Under the pieces are notes generated by a model. That model saw nothing but the letters and a program-made list of their open reading frames with translations. It ran no database searches and was not told the origin of the DNA. Shown here piece by piece: positions 8,033-17,000 of a DNA stretch of 64,000 nt. The stretch lies in NCBI GenBank assembly GCA_900541195.1, contig UQIY01000004.1, positions 2,492 to 66,491 of the forward strand, given 5' to 3'. The DNA is from an uncultured Collinsella sp. (GTDB lineage: Bacteria; Actinomycetota; Coriobacteriia; Coriobacteriales; Coriobacteriaceae). Position numbers and translations under genes: made by a program. Position 1 is the stretch's first letter, and the number at the start of each line of letters is the position of its first letter.

Positions 8033-11000
8033 ATGAGAACGGCAAAGCGCATAACAACCGCATGCCTGACTGCGATCATGATTTTCCAGGCGCTTGCGCC
8101 CTCCACGGAGGTGTTCGCGCAAGAGCTCGACGCCGTCATGGAGGCATCCGTCTCCGCCGCGCGCGCCGCGGGCAACACGGCGCGCTCCGTACAGGATGCT
8201 GTGGCCACCGCGCTGCAAGATGCTGACCAGGCTACATCTGATGATGTCGTAACGACTCCGGGCGCCGACGCTGGCGCTACCGAGGGCGGCGACGGTTCTA
8301 CCAACGCTGGCGAATCACAGGACTCCACGACCGATGGAACCACTAACGGCGATACCCCAACGGAGGGCGACGCGTCCCAAGACGATGCGGCTGCCGATGA
8401 GGGTGCTGCTGACGGAGAACAAGCGGATGACGCGGACGCGGATGCTGCTGATCAGGCAAACACCGCCCCCACCATCGCTACTGTCGAGGATCTCAGGCAC
8501 GCGTTGGGTGACGGCAATGTCATCACTGACGACTTGGGCGCCGTCACGGCCATTACCTTTGAGTCCAACGCCGACCTTATCGCCATCTCCAACACCGATC
8601 CCGCCATCTACCAGAACGCGAACATCTCCAAAGGTGGCTCGACCGGCATCGACTTCGACGTGTGCGGCGCGGAGATCGTGGACGGCCTGGGTAGCCTCAC
8701 GTTCCAGGGCTTCGGCAGCGATGCCTACCCTTTCAAAGGCGCGCTCAACCTCGGCGACAGGACCCTGACCGTCAACAAGACGCTCTTCAACAACATCGAG
8801 CTTAGTGACGATAACAGCAGCGTAAAGCTCACTTGGAAGGGCACCGATGCCCAGCCCATAGTGGCCGCAAAGGTCGCGGGCGCGGACAAGACGCTTGCTG
8901 CCACCGTTACCGTGGGCACGCCCAAAAGCGATACCGAAAAGGACATCTGCAAGCTCACCTCGCCGCTTGTGGGCGAGGTCACGGGCGCGCTTACACTTAA
9001 TGCCACCTACACGACAAGCGCGAACAGCCCCCTGGCGGTCGATATGCAATCGAGCGCAGGCAACATGGGCTTGCTTGTGAACACCCTTGCCGAAGGAGCA
9101 TCGCTTACGCTTGCGGGCCTCGCCCTGCCGGACAAACTCGACGGTACCCCCACTATCAACGCGACAGCCGATGGCGCCAACGCAGGAGGCCTTATCGGCG
9201 AGGCGCGGGAGGGTGCCACCGTCGCCCTACCAACTGGCATCGATGTCTCGGCGCTGAGCGTCGCAGGTAAAAACGCGGCGGGCGGTCTTATCGGTAAGGC
9301 CACCAACCTCACGCTCAACATCGCTGATGGCGTAACGGTTAAGCCGGCGTGCAACGTCGGCGATAAAGACAGCGCTTGCTCCGGTGGCGTCATCGGCGAC
9401 GTGAGCTTTGCGCAAGGATTTATCGTTAAGCCCAATATGTTCGACCTGGGCAAGCTTGTGACGCTTGGTGCATCGCAACGCGCCGGCGCCCTTTTTGGTG
9501 TGGCCGATATTTCTAATGGCGACATCGTGGTGCAAGGCGGAACGTATAAGAGCAAGTTCACCTTACCGGAAGGAGTTAGCTTCAACGGCAGCTACGGCGG
9601 CCTTGTCGGCAAGGTGTTTGCGACGGCAAAAGGCGTCGATGAGTCGCTGCGCGCCTTTGTGGTCCAAAAGGATGCGGATAAGAAAACGTGCTCAATTGAG
9701 TTTGAACTTGCGGGCAAGCTGTCCGATACGGGCGGTGTTGTTGGCTATGTTGGCGATAGCGCGGACTCCAATTCGCAGCCTGTCGCCGTTGTGCTCGACG
9801 GCGTGACGGTTGCGTGCAAGGGAGATGCTTCGGCGCGAACGGACGCCGGAAAGTTCGGTGGTGCCGTGGGCGTTGTCGACGCGCGCAATGTCCTTGACGT
9901 GCGAGATTTCAAACTTACAAGCGACAATCCTATCGGTAAGGCGCAAAGCAACCGTGCCGCGGGAATTGCAGGCTCCGCGTGGAATGCTGTAATCAAATTC
10001 AGCGGCATCACGGATCTGTCGGGCGCAAGTTTTGCCGAAAACAGCACGACGGGCCAGCTCGTATACGAGAACCACAACGCGCTGATTTTTGCTGTCGGCG
10101 ATGGCTCTGACGCTGACAAGGGTGCAGCGGGCTGGACCTTCAAACGTAGCAATACTGCCTCGAAGACGGACGACATCGCGACCTACGGCGAAGTTATTCG
10201 TCTGGGCGGCGACTTCATTAAGCTTGATGTGGACACTCATAAGTTGACCTTGCCGGATTCGCTGACGGCAGCTAACGGTGCCTACACCCTAACCTCTGTT
10301 GAGGATTTCGCCAAACTTGCAATCACCTGGCAAACCAACGGCTACTACTCCATGGTCGAGGGCGTTTCCGAAAACAACCCGAACATCTTGCAGTCCTCGA
10401 CCATTACGGTGAACGGCACTATTGATCTCAAGGGCACGGGCCTGACGGGTTTCACGCAGAATCGTGCAGACGGCTCGCAAGTTTTCTCGGGAACGTTGAA
10501 CGGCGGCGGCACAAATGGCAACGGCACAATCAACCTTGCCGTCGGCGAGCCGTACGGCAAGCGTGGTGAAGCTGTGCTCGACGGCAATGACACGAGCAAC
10601 GGCAACGGCAAAATCTACCGCCACGGCCGCTTGGGCTTGTTCGCGGCCGTCAACGGCGCAACCATCTCCAACGTCACAATCGCTGGTTCCATGAAGTTCG
10701 ATAACGGTTCGGCTATCGATGCCGGGTCGCTTGCAGGTACCATCGTCGGCAACCTGCCATTGTCTGGCGTAACGTGCAAAACGAATATCGCGTGTGATGA
10801 TACGTTCGGCAACGAAGTGAACATTGGTGGTATTGCGGGCAGCGTGTCGGCGGCTTCTACGGTTGCGTTTAAGGATAACAGCAGGGCTCAAGCGACCATC
10901 GCTGCAACTAAAACGCTTAACGGCAATAGTCGCATTGGCGGCGCCATTGGTTATGTGGGCGATTATGGCTCGTCATTCAATGTTGCGGGCCTCGAAGTCG

Positions 11001-14000
11001 CCGGATCAATCGAAACCGGCAATTGCACCAGCGGCAAGATTGCCCAGGTCGGTGGCTTTATCGGCTGCATTGCTCAGGGATCGAACGAGAAGAACGTTAC
11101 CATTACCGGTCTTAGCTTTAGTGAATTCGCTATGACCGTGGGCAAGAACGGCGACAAGTTCAACGGCGCCGGTGGTCTTCTGGGCTACAGCTGGGGCAAC
11201 GCCATCGTCACCATTGGCGATACTACTGCGAATACCAGCGGCAGCACCTACGCCCTCAAAACTACCAACAACACGACCGTGACTGCAGAAAACTCTACCG
11301 AGGTCGGCGGCCTCGTATACGCCGCCAGTGGCCACTGGATCATCAATAATTATGCTATCAATTTGGCCAACGCTTCCTTTACCGCTAATAGCGCAACCAC
11401 GCTTGGCGTTCTTATTGCTCGCGGCAGTACATCCGATTCAAATAGCTTTGGTGCCGAGACCAACTATAACGGTCTATATCTGGAGGACAGGGCTTGGTGG
11501 GGTACCGCTTATGCTGTGAATGGCGTGTCTATAACCGCCCCAAAGGTAAAGACATACGACGAATGGCTTGCAAATGGCGTGAAGCCCGAAAGTAATCTGA
11601 TTGATAACGGCTGCAATGCGGTTGTCTCGCTTCATACCGAGGACCAAAAGCTGGACATGAGCGGAGATCCTGCTAGAGATAATAGTTATCGAAATCGCAT
11701 CGCCCCCGCTAATCCTTCTGATAGCTTTCCGCAAACAAATGGTTCTGTTCGCTACTACTACAATCTTGACAAAGCGTATACGGCGGTAGGCAACAAGCCG
11801 GAAAACGCTAGCAAAGACAATTGGATGAACTCCGCAGAGTACTTATTACTTTGGTGTGCGTACCTGTATGCTCCTAGCGCGATTCAGGGCTATATCATTC
11901 CGGGAAATCAGGCTATTTTCCAAGGAAACAATATTGGCACGAGCGACAGCGCGGGCGTGGAAATCAATTTAGATGGATACAGTTTCTATCCTACTGACCC
12001 CGCGAAGGGCTCAACGGTTACTGTGAATAATGCAACGATTACGTTCCATTATTCCGACATTAAAGATGAGCAAGAAGGTAACAAAAAGAATAGCGAAGCC
12101 ACGCAGCACGAAAATATGCACTGCGCTCTCATCGGAACCCATACGGGCAGCCTCAAGGTTAAAAATGTCACGCTTGCAGGCACCGTGGGCTCCGTTGTGA
12201 ACGATGCGGGAAGTTCGTCCGGTGCACTTGTGTGCTGCTGTATCTATGGGCCCATCAATGAGACTAATGTGGCACAGCTCGAGATAGATGGTCTGACACT
12301 TGACGGCTTGAAGGTCGACGGTGTGAACGGCTATACCAGTTACGCCCCTCTGCTTATCAACGAGATGCAGACATGCGTGAACCTGAGCGCTAAGAATATT
12401 TCAACCCTTAGTTACGCGAAAGGGGCCACGGCGGCAACCTCGCTCTTCGGCAGGCTCGGCGTGGGAAACAATTCCGATCAGGTGACGGCGAAGTTTGAGC
12501 AAATCAGCTTGCCCAGCCAAAAGAACAATACGATCTTCACCCATGCGAGCCTGCTGGAGAGTTTTGGCTACGGAAGCACGAGCACGGGTTCTGCGGACTA
12601 CACCTTTACTAAGGCCGATGCCGATGCAGGCAAGGTGACATACGGATCTGAGATTGATGGGAGTACGGAGTACCCGGGCAAGCAGCTTTGGTATTACGAC
12701 GAAGCGACGTATGGTGCCGTGAGCGGCTATGTGACGGTTGATGGTAAGAAGGACGGTGACGTCAGGCCTTGGTTCGGTGACTACCTTCCTTATGTTTACA
12801 AGGGAAAAGCCGCCGAGGATGGCGTCCAGTATCACGAAATTAAAGTCAACCAGCGCATTCCAAAGCTGGTAATGGGATGTGGTACCTACGGCGATCCTTA
12901 TTCCGTCACAAACGCGGCGGAGATGAATGCCATTGCCAACTACATTAATAACATGACGGCGCTTGACGGCTGGGAGGTCACCATTGTCGCCGACCAGGGT
13001 AGGCTCTGCACTCGCCGCAGCAGCGATCACTCGACCGACAATGAGGTTACGTACGTCTACAAGCAGGCGAACGGTACCGATAATAAATGGGAGAAGAAGA
13101 CCGGAGACGCGTCGACCAATTCCCCGCAGACGCTGAGCGACGAAACCATGCACCGCTATATGCAGAGCGCGTATTACAGCATCGAGCCTACTGAGGGCAA
13201 TACGATTACTCTCGACGGCGCATCGTTTGGCGGTTTTGGAAATAGGGCCAACCCGTTTAGGGGCGTCATCGTTGGCAACTTTGGCAGTGATAATAAAAAC
13301 GCAACCATCAAGATAGAGAATAACGAGGGTTCGCTTCGCGGCCTTATTCCCTATAGTTACGGCAGCGTGGTGCGCGATCTGAATATTCGCTATGTGAACG
13401 CGTCGGCGACTATTACTTATTCTGCCAAGGATGCCGACGGCGTTCCGACGGCGTTTTTCGGTGGCGTTGTCGGCTGCATCCTTGGTGGCGATAACATTAT
13501 CGATGGCGTGGTCGTTAATGGGACGACGGCCGAAAACCCTACAACGGGATTTACCGTCACGGGCGGTGGCGACAAGCCGCATCTTGTTCCCATTGGTGGC
13601 TACGTCGGTGCCATTGCGGGTGGCGGCGTGATTTTCCGCAATATGGACAAAAGCGGAAAATCTTCCTGGCGTGCTGGAACTGGTGACAAATCTCGTGGTC
13701 TGGGAAAGGGCAACTTTGATCTCTACAACAATCCCTACGTCGGTCGCGTGATTGATGGCTATGCCTTTAGCGAGGGCTGTAAGGTTGAAAACGGTAACGC
13801 TAACTACCAGATTAACGAGCTCACAAAAAAAGGAACCCCCTGTGTCACCACCACGGGCACCGACAACAAGTACCTCGGCACTAACGCCGAGGCTCCTGTG
13901 ACCATGGTGAAAAACGCCCAGGGCCTTTTGGTGCTCTCGGCCATCATCAGCTCGGGTGCGGGTGCTGGCGCGGCACATACCAACTACTCCAATAATGGCG

Positions 14001-17000
14001 TGTTCCGCGGTTCCAAGGCTTACTGGGGCAGCGATTCGCAAGACCCGGCGATATGCGGCTACCTGTTTGGCAACAAGGAATATGGCAAGGTACGGAATGC
14101 TAACTACGCAAATGTGGGCAAGCCTGAGAGTGCTGCCGGCGATTTCGAAATCGCCAAAAACGACGACCAGAAGGCCCCCGGCAAGCAGGGGTGGCACGGC
14201 CCGCTCGACCATGATGACGATGTAAATTCGCCCTACCTGGTGGCGTCCTACGCTGCCGACTACCAAACGGGCTATGTGTGCGCGTCGAAATCGATCGGCA
14301 TGAGCTTGGAGTTCAAGCAGGGCGACACCTACGATATGACCGACTACGGCACGGGGTACGTGGGCCTAAACGGCCGCTACTATTCCAATGCCTGCAATTC
14401 GAACCAGCCGGGCACCGACCGAGACCGTATTACGCCGCACGTAGCCACGATCGACGGTAACGGCGCCACCATCACGGTGGGTACCGAAGGCACCGCCTAC
14501 GGCGTCGTCGAATACGCCGACGACGACTATAAGGTCTCGGGCGTGGGTGGTCTATTCAGCACCGTGATGTTCACCTCCACCAATGTGGGGCAGAGCGTCA
14601 CCGCGAACGACGGCGCGCAGGTCAAAGACCTCACCTTTAGCAACTGCAACGTAGCGCTCACCTATATCGACACCAACGGCGAAGCCAAACCAGGAGAGGC
14701 GCCGAACGACCTTACCGGTGCCGGCCTTTTGGCGGGTGCAACGGCCAACTACGACGACGGCACGTGCGGCATCTACCGCAACGTGCAGATGAAGAACTGC
14801 ACCGTGTCGGGCGCAAAGAGCGTAGGAGGGCTTCTTGGCAGCTCGGGCCGCGCCAGACGAACTACGAGCGAAGACAGAACCTATATGGTCGAGTTCGGGG
14901 ACGGGTGGGGCCCCGCGTATCTCTATGACTGCTCATACACTGGCCTTAACGTCACGGGCGAGAAGAATGTCGGTGGCTATGTGGGTGCGGTCGCCTCGGC
15001 GTGCGGTGTGTGGACAACCGCAGGCACAGGGGTGAGCGAAAGGACCGTTGGCAAAAACTCGACCATAACTGCCACAGGGACAGTGCCCTACGTGGGCGGC
15101 GTGCTCGGCTATGTCGAAAGAAGCGATATCTCGGTCAACACCAACATCGGCACCACTACAGCGGCCCAGTCGTCGTGCACGGCAGTCATCTCTGGGGTAA
15201 ACGTGCTAGCCACCGGGTCGAACTCCGATGACCATATGGGCGCCGGCGGCGTGGTCGGACGCGCCCGTGGCGGCGTTATTTCTATGAGCAACGTGCGCAT
15301 TGATGGCGGAAACGGCACCGAGAACGCCGTCATCGGCGATAAGGCCGGAACGAACAATAGCATCTACAATGCGGGCGGCCTGATTGGTGAGGTTACGAGT
15401 AGCGGTAGCCCCAACAAGTACTGGTTCGACGACTGCAGTGTCAAGAATGTCAGCATCGCCGGCACCGGCAAATGCTCGGGCGGGCTTATCGGCTACTTCT
15501 TCAGCAATGTGAATATAGCCTGCAACAACATCGCGATCGAGAACGCTACGATTAAGGGTAACTGGAGCGGCGGTCTGCTGGGCGCGAATAACGCGAGTAA
15601 CAGCGGACCCGTCGTCATCGACGTTACCAACACAAAGGTATCCAACACCACGTTTAGCGAAAGGTCCAACGGCGGCATTATGGGCGACGGGCGCGGCCAG
15701 TTCCATCTGTTAAACGTGCTCATGGACAGCAATAGCTACAATGCGGGCAAAACCCAGGGCGTACTCTTGGGCGAGGTTGACACGGGGGATGGTAAGTACA
15801 GCCTTTCCGCAGCGGGCGTGGAAGTAAAGCCCGGTAGTGGCAAGACCACGAGCGACCTGCCGCCGATGGTTTACACGACCAATACGAATACGGCTGCTGT
15901 TAACGAGAAAACTTATATTGCCTTCGGCGACTACAACGGCACGGCTGCCGCGCCCAACGAGAACAAAACGCTTTACGGCGCAGGCGATACTGCTACCACG
16001 GCAACGAGTCCGTACGTGACCACGAGGCCCGTGAGCACGCTGGCGGTGCGTGCCTCCGACGGCGACACCACCGACCGCTACCTGTTTGGCGACGGCGCCG
16101 CCATTGACACCGCGACGACCATCCAAAGCCAAGCGGGTGCCCGCGTTCCCGGCCGCTACACCTACACCAACATCGCCGGCATCAATGATGCCGGCGCATA
16201 CCAAAACACGAGCACCTATAGCGCGGACAGCTCGCGTAGCACCTATAACGCTAACAACATTACTTCGGACAAGAAGGCCAAAACTGACTTCCCCGTGCTC
16301 GTGATTCCGGGCAACGATACCACGACGGTGGAGAGCTACCTGAACATCGTGACCAATGGCGGCTTCTCCGATGCCCGCCGCCTCAACGGCAGCACCGCGC
16401 ATGTGACCGCCACCGCCGAGGTCTTCTCGCTCGCCGATAACGGCACCTTCGTCAAGGACGTAGCCGCCTCGCAAGCGCCCACGCTCAAGGTGCTCAACAA
16501 TGGCACGAGCTCTATGGCATTCCGCGCGAGCACCGACTGGGACAATGAGCAGGGGCGCTTCACGCTGCTTACGGTCACCTTTAGCGAGGCCGGCCAGAGC
16601 TACCGTGTACAGGTACCCATCATCGTCAAGCGCATGCTCGAGATCGACTTTACCGCCACCTACTCCGAAGGTGCGAACTTCAAGGCTGCCGACTATGCGA
16701 CAAAATACGACAAGCACGTACTTGTGAGCAGCGGCGACACCATGACCGGCTACCTTACCTGGACCTATGGCAGCGCTCGGGGCAAGCCGGTCGATTACGG
16801 CTGGAACACGCTGCTCGAAGCCGGCGGCTCTATGGGTCCGCTCAACAAGAGCATTACCTTCGGTGCCACGCTGCCCGAGGGTACACAGCTCACACTCGTG
16901 GACACGGCCAACAACAGCCGCGAATATCACTACACGGTGGGCACGGGCGGCGCGACGTCAGTCAGGCTCACCGAGTTTGTGGACGCTGGCAACAAGGCTT

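Noticed and set aside
12401-14266. Long antisense ORFs (for example 12401..14266 -, 29393..31060 -, 36379..37641 -, 44847..46883 -, 61507..63081 -, 23008..24324 -, 37779..38936 +)
   Set aside because: They lie fully opposite well-supported genes. They encode Arg/Ala/Gly/His-rich low-information sequence with no motifs. This is the typical stop-codon-poor antisense frame of high-GC DNA.
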